Below, one piece after another: positions 1-12,244 of a stretch of DNA of 64,000 nucleotides. The first letter of the stretch is position 1, and the number at the start of each line of letters is the position of its first letter. The stretch lies in assembly GCA_963782115.1 (NCBI GenBank), contig CAWAIK010000003.1:352001-416000 (forward strand). Reading direction: 5' to 3'. The notes beneath the pieces were generated by a model. It ran no database searches, had not been told where the DNA came from, and saw nothing but the letters and a program-made list of their open reading frames with translations. Origin of the DNA: an uncultured Verrucomicrobiae bacterium. Its GTDB lineage: Bacteria; Verrucomicrobiota; Verrucomicrobiia; Chthoniobacterales; JAFAMB01. The position numbers and the translations under genes were made by a program.

Positions 1-330
1 GCTCCGGTCCCGAGGCGCGAGCGCCGGACGCAGCCAGAGGTCATGAAACAGTGGATCGCTGGTATACTGCACGACTCCCGGGGCAACCGGGCCGGCACTT
101 TGCTCGACAGAAGACGCACGCCGCGCCTCGGATGCCTGGTCGATGGGAAGAAGCGGACCTGATGCTGGAGGAAGCTGATCGGGCCCGATTCCGCGCGCGC
201 GAAATACATCTTTCGCGACCGCCACCGCCGACATGGCATTGGCCCAGCCGGAGTAGAACGCGAGATGCGTGATGACCTCGGAAATCTCGCTCGCCTTGAC
301 GCCGTTATCGAGCGCCAGGTTGAAATAGTA
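1..330 (-). pseudogene. Carboxymuconolactone decarboxylase (CMD/AhpD) family protein, N-terminally deleted, runs off window
   Basis: Minus frame reads YYFNLALDNGVKASEISEVITHLAFYSGWANAMSAV...LFHDLWLRPALAPRDRS; no start codon between the upstream in-frame stop (364-366) and this segment. Confidence 0.8.
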
Positions 331-340
331 CGTTTCTTCC

Positions 341-1102
341 TTAATGAATGGTGAATCCGCCGTCTACAGCGAGCGCTTGACCGATCACGAAGCTTGCGGC
401 GGGGCTGCAGAGCCAAAGAACGGCATCAGCAATCTCCTCGGCGCGACCAAGCCGGCCGATCGGAACCTCTTTCATCAGCTCTTTCATGGCTTCTGCTTGA
501 GTGGCCAGCATTCCGGCGACCATCGGCGTATCGATAATCCCTGGGCAAACCGCGTTGATGCGGATGCCTCTGGAGGCATATTCGAGAGCAGCGCTCTTCG
601 TGAGCCCGAGCACCCCGTGCTTGGCGGCGTGGTATGTTCCACGCCCGGGAGCGCCCACAAGCCCTCCCAACGAAGAGCAGTTGACGATCGCGCCGGCTCC
701 TTGCTTGCGCATCTGACGCAGCTCGAACTTCATGCAACTCCATACGCCACGGAGATTGATGGCTATCACTCGGTCAAAATCTTCTCGGGAAGCATCAGCG
801 GTTTCCGCGACAATATTTTGAACGCCAGCGTTATTGTAGGCTGCATCCAGCCGGCCGAAAGTGGCGACGGTTTGCTCAACCATTGCCTCTACCTGAGCGT
901 CATCGGCTACGTCGCAATGGACGGCGAGTGCTTTGTGACCTTGAGCAGCCAGTTCCTCGGTTGCAGAGCGCACTGCCTTCTCGTTCCAGTCTGCCAACGC
1001 CACGGAAGCGCCTGATTCAGCAAAAGCCTTCGCCGTCGCCAGGCCCAGTCCACAGCCAGCGCCTGTAAGTAGTGCAACTTTGTTTTCAAAAGATATGTTC
1101 AT
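341..1102 (-). CDS. Short-chain dehydrogenase/reductase (SDR)
   Basis: TGAGCGLG, NNAG and YHAAK motifs; likely start MNISFENK at 1102. Confidence 0.95.
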   Translation of the reverse strand: MNISFENKVALLTGAGCGLGLATAKAFAESGASVALADWNEKAVRSATEELAAQGHKALAVHCDVADDAQVEAMVEQTVATFGRLDAAYNNAGVQNIVAETADASREDFDRVIAINLRGVWSCMKFELRQMRKQGAGAIVNCSSLGGLVGAPGRGTYHAAKHGVLGLTKSAALEYASRGIRINAVCPGIIDTPMVAGMLATQAEAMKELMKEVPIGRLGRAEEIADAVLWLCSPAASFVIGQALAVDGGFTIH

Positions 1103-1115
1103 ATCTAATTCCTTT

Positions 1116-1343
1116 TCACATTGTGTATCCCGGTTTCTTGTAGAGTTTCTCCGGACTGTTAAGGATTTCCGGCGTATAGACCTTCTCGGCCCAATCCTGT
1201 GGTTTGATTTCTTCGATGGCGACCGACACTGACTCCTCGCCGTAGTGCAAGACATCCATCACGTCTTTCGTGATTTCTTCGGCGAGTCGAGTCTTCTCTT
1301 GTTCGGACTTTGCGGGCACGAGTTTTACGATGACATGCGGCAT
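1116..1343 (-). CDS. Tautomerase family protein (4-oxalocrotonate tautomerase-like)
   Basis: N-terminal MPHV (catalytic Pro1), 75 aa, SVSVAIEE motif. Confidence 0.9.
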   Translation of the reverse strand: MPHVIVKLVPAKSEQEKTRLAEEITKDVMDVLHYGEESVSVAIEEIKPQDWAEKVYTPEILNSPEKLYKKPGYTM

Positions 1344-1364
1344 AGTTTTCTTCGGTGTTTGTCG

Positions 1365-1760
1365 TCACTTACGGTATTGCTCGTCGCTGACCTTCTCCAT
1401 CCAATCGACGACCTTCCCATCGAGCTGTTCCTGAATGGCGATATGCGTCATGGCCGTTGTCGGCGCCGCGCCATGCCAGTGCTTTTCCTCGGGCGGGAAC
1501 CACACCACATCGCCAGGCCGAATTTCCTCGATTGGACCGCCCTCGCGCTGCGCCCAGCCGCAGCCGGCTGTGACAATCAGGGTCTGACCGAGCGGATGCG
1601 TGTGCCACGCGGCGCGAGCACCCGGCTCGAACGTCACGCTCGCGGCGGACGCGCGAGCCGGAGCGTTTGCCTGGAACAGTGGATCGATGCGCACCGTGCC
1701 GGTGAACCAGTCGACGGGGCCTTTGCCGGATGGTTGTGAACCATTTCTTTTGATTTCCAT
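1365..1760 (-). CDS. Cupin domain protein
   Basis: [11 protein letters not shown] and EKHWHGA cupin metal motifs. Confidence 0.93.
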   Translation of the reverse strand: MEIKRNGSQPSGKGPVDWFTGTVRIDPLFQANAPARASAASVTFEPGARAAWHTHPLGQTLIVTAGCGWAQREGGPIEEIRPGDVVWFPPEEKHWHGAAPTTAMTHIAIQEQLDGKVVDWMEKVSDEQYRK

Positions 1761-1778
1761 ATGGAACTCCTTTTATTT

Positions 1779-3002
<1,224 letters not shown>

Positions 3003-3004
<2 letters not shown>

Positions 3005-3337
3005 AGGGCCAGTAGGTGACGTCCCCGACTTCGTACCTGTGCGTCCATTTCCCCTCTTTCAAGATCGCTCGCGCCAGGCGGGCGAACTTCTCCCTGCGGA
3101 ACAGATCGTTGTTAGCGGCAATAGGGAAATAAAATCCTGGGTGGCTTTGCTGTCCATCAAAGTGGCCGTAGTTACTGTATCTTCGATGCTTAGTCTTCCT
3201 TCATACTGTCTTGCCTGCTTAGGGGATATTTCAGTCGGTGGCACCCGCCCGGAACCGCTGGTCGTGCTGTTGTCGGCGCCGCAAGCGGCTTGACTAACGG
3301 CGATCGCCAATGCGAGGACCAAAAAATAGTGTCTCAT
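3003..3337 (-). pseudogene. Cyclophilin-like fold exported protein, frameshifted and truncated
   Basis: Signal peptide, ATLMDSKATQDFISLLPLT, then after a frameshift NDLFRREKF...YEVGDVTYWP*. Confidence 0.7.
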
Positions 3338-3791
3338 CGTGGCTTTTTCTTCCTTTCAATAAGAGGCCATCAGACGTTTTAGATCACCTGCGGTATTGGT
3401 CGTCGATGGCTCTGCCCGGCGTCCTCACGGCGTTTCATCGTGATCATGTATTGGTCTCGCGCGGCATGACCTTGACCGTCGCGGTGCGGGCGCGTGCGCC
3501 ATGTGGTCATTGTGGGTTTTCCTTCAAACTTGGTATGGCTAGGGACGGCCACGGTGGCATGGTTCCCTTCCTCCGGTTCTTCATCCAGCAAATTCTCCGG
3601 TCAGGGATTTCTTGCACAGGCTGTTTTACGGCATGTGCGAATAGTGGATTTCAGATTGTGGATCGGCTCTGTTGGCCGCCTCCGACCTTCGTACTTCGAG
3701 GGGGTCTCCGGTCTGATGATCGTAGATCTGCGGTCTATCTGCCATCGCAATCACGGGTATCTCTCACCCAGCGCGTGCACTTTGCGGGCTA

Positions 3792-4330
3792 CTAGAGGGC
3801 GTTGCGGAACTGCGTTGGAGCCATGCCCACCGTCCGCCGAAATACCTGAGCAAAATGGCTCGCACTAGTGTAGCCGACTTCGAGCGCGATTTCGATGAGG
3901 CTGCGGGATGTTTCGCGGATCAGTTGCTGCGCTTGCAACATGCGCTCTCGGGCCACGAATTGCAGAGGCGTCATCCCCGTGGCCTGCTTGAACACGCGTG
4001 AGAAATGGAAAGGGCTCAGCTCCGCCAACTCAGCCAGCTTCTCGATTGAGATGCATTCTGCGAGGTGCGCACGCACATAGTCGATCTTGCGGAGCCGTGC
4101 GATCGGCAAGCCGCCGCGATAGTCAGGTCTCCGCGATGCGACGTTTGTGTATTTCTCGGCGATGTGAATCGCCAGAAGGTGTGCGAAGACAGGGATACGT
4201 TTCGCCTTGCCCGCAGTTCCGGTCGAGAGCAGCTCGGCGCAAGCCAAACTCAAATGAGCGTTTCGTCGCGACCAAAAAACTCAGTCACCTCTGCAGCAGC
4301 CGCATTGTCGTGATAGACCGTTTCCAGCGC
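3792..4330 (-). pseudogene. AraC-family transcriptional regulator, N-terminus decayed
   Basis: Intact HTH (LSPFHFSRVFKQATG...EIALEVGYTSASHFAQVFRR); upstream part broken by stops and frameshifts. Confidence 0.8.
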
Positions 4331-4696
4331 TGCGGTGAGCAAATCCACCCTCTTTGAGTCACTTGTGTGACTTTCCAAATTAAGCGGTACACTGCTGAGG
4401 GCCTTGCAGGCCGCCAGAGGACATTCTCGGCCACGCTCGCTGACGTTGCACCAGAAGGCACGCGGCGTGAAATCTCTCGCCCCCGATGACGTATCCGAAT
4501 GGTAGACCGCGCGATCACACCGCCACTTCCTTATCCTTAATCTCTGGCTTCGCGTGGGTCGGAATCAAATCAAGCCATTGAAGCCCGGGGGGAGGCGAAA
4601 AGCGTTGGTCGGGTAACAGTTAGCTTATGCCGCATCCTGCGTCCGTGAACAGCCGCAGCGTAAAGATCGGCAAACCCGCGTGGTCATTTATGGACG

Positions 4697-4729
4697 TGTT
4701 ACCAGCCGCCCAGGAGAATTGTTACCAGC
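4697..4729. repeat. 10-bp direct repeat TGTTACCAGC, two copies
   Basis: Copies at 4697-4706 and 4720-4729, about 70 bp past the tRNA-Pro(GGG) 3' end. Confidence 0.6.
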
Positions 4730-4798
4730 ACCGTTCCAGGACGGGCTCATCTCCTCTTAAATAAGCGACTCACATTTAAGATATTATCCGAAACATGA

Positions 4799-4872
4799 TC
4801 GGGCCGGCGGGATTCGAACCCACGACCTCTTGAACCCCATTCAAGCGCACTACCAAGCTGTGCTACGGCCCG
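4799..4872 (-). tRNA. tRNA-Pro(GGG)
   Basis: CGGGCCG acceptor stem, anticodon arm CTTGA-ATGGGGT-TCAAG, GTTCGAATC T-loop; CCA not encoded. Confidence 0.96.
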
Positions 4873-5092
4873 ACGCCAAAGAAGCGAAAGATGCTGCGCC
4901 GAAGTGGCTTTTTCAAGCAGGAAAAGCATTCAGTTGCCCGGCCCGTTCGACAGAACGAGGCTCGGCGTGCGCGAGCCAGCTTTCTTTTCACAGATCTCCT
5001 ATTTCAAATAGCCTCCTTGTTCACCGCGCGTGTGCGGTTTCCTGGCTGACCTTGAGTGCCTCCGGCACAGTCCTTGCCGACTCGCCGCCCGA

Positions 5093-6064
5093 CTATCCGT
5101 CGCTTTGCAGGATGATCCGCGCGCAGGTCTCATCAGTTACCAGCCCGTTGATCCAATGCCCTCGCAGCGCGCCGAGAACGGCTTCGGTTTTTGAGTCTCC
5201 AGCTCCAAAGGCAATGACCGGTTTCTTGGGCGGGCGCCGCAATTGAATGCTCGTGACCCGTTCATGGATTGAGGTGTGCACTGGTTCCCCTGCTCGGTTG
5301 AAGGCCCAACCCAACATCTCCCCGACCGCTCCCGCCTCCACGAGTTCATTTACTACCGCTTCACTGATGAACCCATCACGATGCATCGGACAACCGATGC
5401 CCATTTCCCCTATCCCGACAAAGGCCACGTCAGCCTGACCTGCAAGTGCTTCCACGACACGGTATAAACGGTGCCGACACCACTGTCTCCGTTCCTCTGC
5501 GGAATCCGCAAGGAACGGAGACGGCAAGAGAAAATATTTGCTGCTTGTCTTTTCTGCGGTTCGGAGTGCGACATCGTAACGATTACTGGAACCATCATGC
5601 GCGATCGCCCCAACCAGGGAAACAAGGCGATGCTCGGTTCTGACCAGCGCGGGCAATTCATCGATTACCGCCTTCATGGTTCGCCCGGTACTCAGCGCGA
5701 TGATTTTTGGCTGCGTTTCGCTCAGGTAGCATTCCATGATCTGGGCGCCGGCGACCGCTATCTTACGCAGAATCTGATCTGGGCTGTCTGCGTTCGACGG
5801 AACGACCTCGCATACGACGAGGTCATATCGCTGACGCAGGATCGTTGCGACTTCCAGGCAGCTAGTGATTTTGTGGTGAACCTGGACTTTGACAATGCCT
5901 CGTTCCAATGCAATAGCGACGAGTCTCTGAGCAGCCGGTCGCGAAATCTTCAATTTTCTAGCTACCTCCTGCTGGGTGTTACCGGCGACATAGTAGAGCC
6001 ACGCGGCTCGCGCCGCCAAATCCAGCTTCTCTTCCTGCTTTTGTGACGAAGAACCCATCTTCAT
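5093..6064 (-). CDS. SorC/DeoR-family sugar-binding transcriptional regulator
   Basis: AARAAWLYY...TQQEVARKLKISR HTH plus sugar-binding domain ending INGLVTDE. Confidence 0.93.
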   Translation of the reverse strand: MKMGSSSQKQEEKLDLAARAAWLYYVAGNTQQEVARKLKISRPAAQRLVAIALERGIVKVQVHHKITSCLEVATILRQRYDLVVCEVVPSNADSPDQILRKIAVAGAQIMECYLSETQPKIIALSTGRTMKAVIDELPALVRTEHRLVSLVGAIAHDGSSNRYDVALRTAEKTSSKYFLLPSPFLADSAEERRQWCRHRLYRVVEALAGQADVAFVGIGEMGIGCPMHRDGFISEAVVNELVEAGAVGEMLGWAFNRAGEPVHTSIHERVTSIQLRRPPKKPVIAFGAGDSKTEAVLGALRGHWINGLVTDETCARIILQSDG

Positions 6065-6212
6065 TCAACGGGGGGTGAGATACTAGCTATTTAGTTCCTT
6101 TCGCCGGGAAACAATCAAGTCAATTGCGCGAACTTGCGCGAAACCTTGAGAAACTGCTCAATGTTTCAGCCCGTGGAAAGACTCTGCGAAGCTGGAAATT
6201 TCTTGCGTGACT

Positions 6213-6746
6213 CTAAACCGAGCTATTGCGGATCCTGGTGGACGCCACAGCCAATTCCCGGACCCGCTCTCGCACTTCAGACGAACTCAGGCACCCGTCC
6301 GTGAAATCCTGACTCGTCGCATACACAATCCGCGGAATGATCAAACAGCGAAAGTCGAGCATCAGACTGTTCGCAAGGCTCATGACCGACATGTAGCTCA
6401 TTGATCCGCCTGCCGCGCATAAAAATCCGACAACTTTGTCTTTCCAGGATTCGCCGGTCAATTCGATCAGGTTTTTCAATGCCGCGCTCGCGTCGAAATT
6501 ATAGATCGGAGTTGCGATGATGACCACGCGAGCCTTGGAGATCGTTTTTGAAACGGTGAGCACGGATCGATCGTCGTAAGCCGCTTCGCCGTCACAGAAG
6601 GGCAACGGTAAGTCACGAAGATCGATCGTCTGCGCCACGATGCCCTCCGACCGGTAACAATCCGTCAGAAAATGTGCCATTTCCCTGCTCCGGCTTTTCG
6701 AGCGGAGGGATCCGGAAACAACCAGATATTCGGTCGACGACTCCAT
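6213..6746 (-). CDS. NADPH-dependent FMN reductase
   Basis: SGSLRSKSRS, ATPIYN, LKNLIE motifs; start MESSTE at 6746. Confidence 0.9.
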   Translation of the reverse strand: MESSTEYLVVSGSLRSKSRSREMAHFLTDCYRSEGIVAQTIDLRDLPLPFCDGEAAYDDRSVLTVSKTISKARVVIIATPIYNFDASAALKNLIELTGESWKDKVVGFLCAAGGSMSYMSVMSLANSLMLDFRCLIIPRIVYATSQDFTDGCLSSSEVRERVRELAVASTRIRNSSV

Positions 6747-6909
6747 TGAGGGAAGATTCAAGCCCAGACCCCGGAATTCCGCCAGTGGGATTTTGGAGAG
6801 CGAAAGTAAGCGGGAGATCAGGAAACCAATCTCATCGGCTCGATTCCTTATGGAAAAAATCATTAGGCATTTGATTGTAGCTCGCTCATATTACGGCCTT
6901 TCCGGAAAA

Positions 6910-6983
<74 letters not shown>

Positions 6984-7156
6984 TCTTCGATTCCAAGAGC
7001 CGATCGGCGGCCGTTGGGCACCTCAATCGGTTCGGTCACGCTAAAATTGGAGATTTTCGATAATGCCCGGTTCTCTTAGAATCAATTGTGGGGGAACGCC
7101 AGCGACACCAAGGCCACCAGCCAAGGCACGGCAGATGTTCAGGCGACATATTAGTC

Positions 7157-7287
7157 ATGTCGATCTCTCCTCAGGCGCTCCAAGACCTCCTCGACGAACT
7201 GGAAGCATCTCGGCGTCTCAGAAGGCGAGCCTGGGAGAGCCTCAGGAAATCCGGTGGGTGCTCAAGGATGGCTGGCCCGAAACTAAC
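7157..7287 (+). pseudogene. Remnant of a hypothetical gene, frameshifted and interrupted by the IS
   Basis: MSISPQALQDLLDELEASRR, then in another frame QEIRWVLKD up to the IS target site. Confidence 0.4.
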
Positions 7288-9153
7288 TAGAGGTTCTCCG
7301 AAAAGGTAGGTCAGTTTTTTAGTCGGCGGATGTATTAATTCTGGCGCCACGCTTTCAATTTTGTAACTCTCAGATTGTGAGCACATTAGCGAGCTGCGAA
7401 AGGTTTTCCGCGATCGTTCCTGATCTGGCCAACCGACCGCGACAGTTAGTCTTCCTGACCCCCATCGACAGCCAATTGAACGATTTTCTGAACGAAATTC
7501 ACCTCATCGCCCTTTTCGAACCCTCCATCGTGGAACGCATCGACGAAGATCTCGACCGGCACGCGAAAAGGAAGAAGCTGTTGCGCCTCACCGACGCACA
7601 GTTCCTGGCCGGCCAAACCCCTGATCTGCCTAAACTGCAGCTTCAATTGCGCGAGCTCAAAGTCGATGAACTCGAGTTGGAGACAGGGCGGCCCCGCACC
7701 GATGCCTATATGGTCTACCTTTTCCTGATGCTGCGCGGTTTCAACGGCGGCTGCAAAGACCAGCAGGCCAGGTTATTGCTGGAGGAGTCTATCACGCTCA
7801 AACTCTGGCTCGAACATCTGGGGCTCCAATTGCCGCCCCCCAGCACCCTCAGCGACAACCTCAACGCGGTGAGCAACCAGACCCGCGCTCTGATTCATCG
7901 GGTGCAATTGCGCTCTATTTTAGGGCAGGGTCTGGATAATTTTCAGAAGAGCTTCATCGACAGCACCGCGGTGGAAGCCAACACCGAGCGGCCCACGGAC
8001 TCGACCCTCCTGGTTAGATTGATCGCCCGGGTTTGCACCACGGGTAGCAACCTGCACCGGTGGGAGCTGCCAGACATGAATCAGATTGGACTTTTGGCGC
8101 AACAGGAAGAACTCCGGCGCATGAGCCAGCAGATTCATTTCCTCAATGGCAAAGCGCGAGGAGCCGCCAAGCGCAAGAAGGTGTATTTCCAGTTGTTGAG
8201 GCGGGTGCGCAGACTGCGCAAACGGCTGCTGCGTGATCTGGAGTCGGTTCGCGGGAACCTGGCGGACCGCGCCGATCTGCTGCCGAGTCGGCGTCTGATA
8301 GCCGAAGAAGCCCTGGGCCTCATTGCGGAGGATCTGGCGGCTCTGGAACAAGTCGCCCACGTCTGCGAAAGACGAGTCATGGAAGAGGAAAAAGTGCCGA
8401 TGGCAGAAAAGATCATCAGCCTGAGCGACTCGGACGCCTCGTTTATCGTTAAAGGAGGGTGGAACACCGTGGTAGGCTACCGCCCGCAACTGGCGCGCAG
8501 CGGGAGCGGCTTTGTCACTGCGCTGGTGTTGCCCCAAGGCAACGCGGCCGACAGCCGGCACCTTGTGGCGATGGTCAAGGAACAGATCACTAACACCGGA
8601 GTCATTCCTGCGATGGCCAGCGCCGATGATGGCTACAGCAGTCAGGAGGGGCTAGAGGAAGTGCTAAGCCTTGGGGTCAAAGTGGTCAGCATCAGCGGAG
8701 CCAAAGGCAAGAAGCTCATCGAGGCGCAGCAATGGAAGAGCCAGCCTTACCGACAGGCACGGGCTGAGCGCAGCGCCATCGAGTCACTGGTCTTCACGTT
8801 GAAAGAGAGCTTTGAATTTGGAGAGATGGTGCGGCGCAACCATGAGAACGTACTGGCCGAGATGCTGGAGAAAGTGCTGGCCTATAATATCTCGCAGATC
8901 ATCCGGGTGCGGAAGAAGCTTTCAGAGCCCGAACAGATGGAGCTGGCCGCGGCCTAATTAAGATCAATTACTCCAGTCGCGATCATGAAAAGAGAGTAGA
9001 ACAATGCATAGCCGAGCCAAACAAAGTATGGCAGCACTAACTTAAAACAAAGCTAAACACCCCAAAAGGCGCGACGGCACAACAAACTAGTCCTCGGCGC
9101 CACCTACCAGTTCATGACCGAAAGCCCCGTTACCCCTTTTCGGATTGCCTCTA
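7288..9153 (+). mobile_element. Insertion sequence, 1866 bp, IS5/ISNCY-like DDE
   Basis: Terminal inverted repeats TAGAGGTTCTCCGAAAAGG and CCTTTTCGGATTGCCTCTA (16/19); ACTAAC duplicated at 7282-7287 and 9154-9159. Confidence 0.9.
7377..8957 (+). CDS. DDE transposase
   Basis: GRPR, FIDSTAVEAN...PTDS, ADDGYSS and RSAIESL motifs; GTG start. Confidence 0.92.
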   Translation: MSTLASCERFSAIVPDLANRPRQLVFLTPIDSQLNDFLNEIHLIALFEPSIVERIDEDLDRHAKRKKLLRLTDAQFLAGQTPDLPKLQLQLRELKVDELELETGRPRTDAYMVYLFLMLRGFNGGCKDQQARLLLEESITLKLWLEHLGLQLPPPSTLSDNLNAVSNQTRALIHRVQLRSILGQGLDNFQKSFIDSTAVEANTERPTDSTLLVRLIARVCTTGSNLHRWELPDMNQIGLLAQQEELRRMSQQIHFLNGKARGAAKRKKVYFQLLRRVRRLRKRLLRDLESVRGNLADRADLLPSRRLIAEEALGLIAEDLAALEQVAHVCERRVMEEEKVPMAEKIISLSDSDASFIVKGGWNTVVGYRPQLARSGSGFVTALVLPQGNAADSRHLVAMVKEQITNTGVIPAMASADDGYSSQEGLEEVLSLGVKVVSISGAKGKKLIEAQQWKSQPYRQARAERSAIESLVFTLKESFEFGEMVRRNHENVLAEMLEKVLAYNISQIIRVRKKLSEPEQMELAAA

Positions 9154-9180
9154 ACTAACGGGCGAAAGCTGGCAAAGACA

Positions 9181-9640
9181 TCAACTTGGGTGCACCGAGG
9201 GAAATTCTTGAACGCAACAAATTACTAAAGTGGTACTGAGCGCCTTGGCAAGACCGAGGTCGATGATCTTAGCGGTTACAGCGACTTCCTCCTCAAAGCT
9301 CACCATGATGTTGCTTGGTTTGATGTCCCGATGGACGAGGTTCTGCTTGTGCACCGCGGCCAAACCGGCAGCGACCTCCGTCGCGATTTCCAACGCCAAC
9401 TTTGCCTCAGGCCGGCCGGAGCCTCTGATAAGGTTCTCCAGTGTCTCCCCCTCTACGAATTCCATCGCGTAAAACTAGTTCCCGGCGGTTCTGCCCAGGT
9501 GGAAGACCGAGGCAACGTTTGGATGACGTAAACTGGCCGCCGCGCGGTCTTCACGCACAAAGCGAAGCCGCACCGATTCGTCATTAAGATAACGCTCCCT
9601 GATGACTTTCAATGCCACGGGATATCGCAGATCAGCTATC
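9181..9640 (-). pseudogene. Ser/Thr protein kinase fragment
   Basis: VALKVI...RFVRE...LRHPNVASV, in-frame TAG, then FYAMEFVEGETL...HRDIKPSN...IDLGLAK, truncated. Confidence 0.85.
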
Positions 9641-9977
9641 GGCTATAATGGCCAAGTTCCAGGACCCTTGATCCGTTTACAATCAACGGACAGCCTTACA
9701 ATCAGAGTGAGCCGATCAAGATACATCAGGGGCGCCGTTATCGACTCGCTTTCGTAAACAAGAGCGACGACATGCATCCGCTCCACCTGCACCGGCATAA
9801 TTTTGAGATCCGAAAATCCATGGGAAAGAAACATCCGGAGTTTTCAAAGACACCGTCCTGGTTAAAGGCTTCAGCCGTGTGGATGTTGATTCTGTCGCCA
9901 ACAACTCCGGGCTCACCTTGTTTCACTGCCATCAGAACCTCCACATGGATTTCGGCTTCATGCGACTCTTTGAGTAG
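9641..9977 (+). pseudogene. Multicopper oxidase remnant with internal deletion and frameshift
   Basis: GYNGQVPGPLIR joined to FTINGQPY...HPLHLHRH and LFHCHQNLHMDFGFM. Confidence 0.85.
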
Positions 9978-9992
9978 GCCGGTTAACCGTTA

Positions 9993-12224
9993 TTAAATAG
10001 AAGCGCTAGGCGCCAGCAGATCCTCAATCTTGACAGGTAACCTTCGAATACGCACCCCAGAGGCGTGATAAACCGCAGAGGTGATCGCAGGTGCAATCCC
10101 CGCCAAGCCGATCTCTCCTACACCACGCGCGCCATATTCGTTCACCACAAGGTCAGGATAATCCAAAAACGTTACATCGATTTCTGGAGTATCGGCATTT
10201 ACCGACATACAGTAATCTGCGAGGTTATTATTGATCGGATGTCCAGTCCGAGAATCGTAGTGCGTTTCTTCAAAGAGGGCCATCCCGATGCCCATCATGA
10301 TCGCACCCTCGACCTGATTACGAGCTGGGCGCTGATTGATGATCCGGCCACCATCGATCACGGTCACAACCCGTCTGACTCGCAAGCGAGCAATTCCAGG
10401 ATCCCAAGTCACCTCCACAAAGTGAGCGCCAAACGAATGAGTGGAATATTTGTCGGATCGCTTGGTACCTTCTGATTTCCCATTACCGGCCGCCTCACTC
10501 ACGTTCGCATTCTTCAGGAAGGTCTCGTAAGGAATGCCATTATCAGGCGAACTGTTTTTCTCGTGGATTCTGCCATTCGTCAGCGCCAATTCGTCGAACT
10601 TCTTGCCAGCAAAGGGCGAGTTTAAGGATTGTGTGGCGGTGAACAGGAGGGTCGAGATCGCCTGGTCCGACGCTGCGCTTAGCGCAGGGATGACCGATGC
10701 AGTTACCATCGAACCGCCGGAGAGCGGTCCTGGAGGAAGGGCTGTATCCCCGAGAACGACAGTGATACGGTCCAGAGGGACTCCGGTCTTTGCGCTTACG
10801 ATTTGCGCGAGAATGGTGTAGGTGCCGGTACCAATGTCTTGGGTGGCGCAAGTGACGCGGACGGTGCCATCGCTCTTGAGTTCAACATTCGCTTCACAGG
10901 GAGAGCGCCCAGCAACCCACGAGCAGGCAGCCATTCCCCAACCCAACAGGAGGTCATCTTCCCGCATCGAACTCAGTGCAGGGTTGCGTTTTGACCAACC
11001 AAATTTGTCAGCACCCACCCTCAAACATTCTTGAAAATGGCGAGACGAAAAAGGAAGCCCGTTACTTTCGTCTTTTTGTGGTTCATTGCGCAGGCGAAAC
11101 TCCACGGGATCCAGGTTGAGTTTGATCGCCAATTCGTCCATCGCTGACTCGGTTGCAAAGAGACCTGGCACCGCGCCAGGCCCGCGCATCGCGGTCGGCG
11201 TACCGACATTGCGCCGGGCTAGTCCGGAAGCGACGCGCAAATTGGGAACACTGTAGAGATAGGGTGTCGCTTCGCCGCAATTCTCTTTGTGATTGTCCAG
11301 GATGGAAGTGTGATTAACGTAGTCATGTTGAAGTGAAACAAGTTTGCCCTCAGGAGTTGCGGCCAACCCGACCTTTTGCTGGGTGAGCGGGCGGTGGCCA
11401 ACGTTAGAGAACATCATGCCCCGGCTTAGTACGAGCTTCACAGGACGATTCAGTTTGCGGGAAGCGGCTGCTGCCAAGACGCTATGCGGCCAGGGGAAGA
11501 GTTTTCCGCCAAACCCCGATCCAAGAAAACGCGAGATGACTTGCACATTTTCTTTTGGGACTCCGAGAACCTGCGCCATCACGGCTCGATGATTCACGAC
11601 TCCTTGTGTCGTTTCATAGAGCGTGAACTTGGTACCATCCCAGACCGCGACTGACGAGTGCAGTTCGATAGGGTTATGCGTCTCCACGGGAGTCACATAG
11701 GTTTCTTCGATTTTCACGGGGGCGTTTGCGAATGCGGCCTCGGTGTCGCCGCGAGTGCTATCAACCTTCAGTTTCCCTTCGGGGTCGAGGTTATCGCTAA
11801 CGTCCGGTTCTTCCGAGCTATAGGCTACCTGCACAGCACCAGCAGCGGCTTGTGCCTGTTCGAATGTCTCCGCGACGGCGAGCGCAACATACTGGCCATT
11901 GTAATAAATGACATCATCTTCAAAAGGAGGCCGTCTTTCATCGAGATAAGCGGTAAAGGTCTGATATCGCGCAGATCTGTATAGCTTGCCAATATTCTGG
12001 CGATGGAGAACTGCCACGACGCCTGGCATCTTCTCGGCTTCCGAGGCGTCAAGTCGGGTGATTCTGCCCTTCGCCACGGTGCTGCACACAGGAACGGCGT
12101 AGACCATCCGTGGAAAATGGAAATCCGAAGTATACATTGCGTTACCGCTGACTTTAAGAGGGCCGTCGATACGCGGTACGGCTGCTCCAATAATCGAAGG
12201 AAATGCGTTTTCTGCTGAGGCCAT
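9993..12224 (-). CDS. paoC: Xanthine dehydrogenase-family molybdopterin-binding subunit (PaoC/YagR-like)
   Basis: GSGFGGK, MRGPG, QDIGTGT, GVGEIG motifs. Confidence 0.9.
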   Translation of the reverse strand: MASAENAFPSIIGAAVPRIDGPLKVSGNAMYTSDFHFPRMVYAVPVCSTVAKGRITRLDASEAEKMPGVVAVLHRQNIGKLYRSARYQTFTAYLDERRPPFEDDVIYYNGQYVALAVAETFEQAQAAAGAVQVAYSSEEPDVSDNLDPEGKLKVDSTRGDTEAAFANAPVKIEETYVTPVETHNPIELHSSVAVWDGTKFTLYETTQGVVNHRAVMAQVLGVPKENVQVISRFLGSGFGGKLFPWPHSVLAAAASRKLNRPVKLVLSRGMMFSNVGHRPLTQQKVGLAATPEGKLVSLQHDYVNHTSILDNHKENCGEATPYLYSVPNLRVASGLARRNVGTPTAMRGPGAVPGLFATESAMDELAIKLNLDPVEFRLRNEPQKDESNGLPFSSRHFQECLRVGADKFGWSKRNPALSSMREDDLLLGWGMAACSWVAGRSPCEANVELKSDGTVRVTCATQDIGTGTYTILAQIVSAKTGVPLDRITVVLGDTALPPGPLSGGSMVTASVIPALSAASDQAISTLLFTATQSLNSPFAGKKFDELALTNGRIHEKNSSPDNGIPYETFLKNANVSEAAGNGKSEGTKRSDKYSTHSFGAHFVEVTWDPGIARLRVRRVVTVIDGGRIINQRPARNQVEGAIMMGIGMALFEETHYDSRTGHPINNNLADYCMSVNADTPEIDVTFLDYPDLVVNEYGARGVGEIGLAGIAPAITSAVYHASGVRIRRLPVKIEDLLAPSASI

Positions 12225-12244
12225 AGTTCTCTCCTTTGAAATTA

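Noticed and set aside
4747..4929. 60-aa ORF
   Set aside because: Overlaps tRNA-Pro(GGG); spurious
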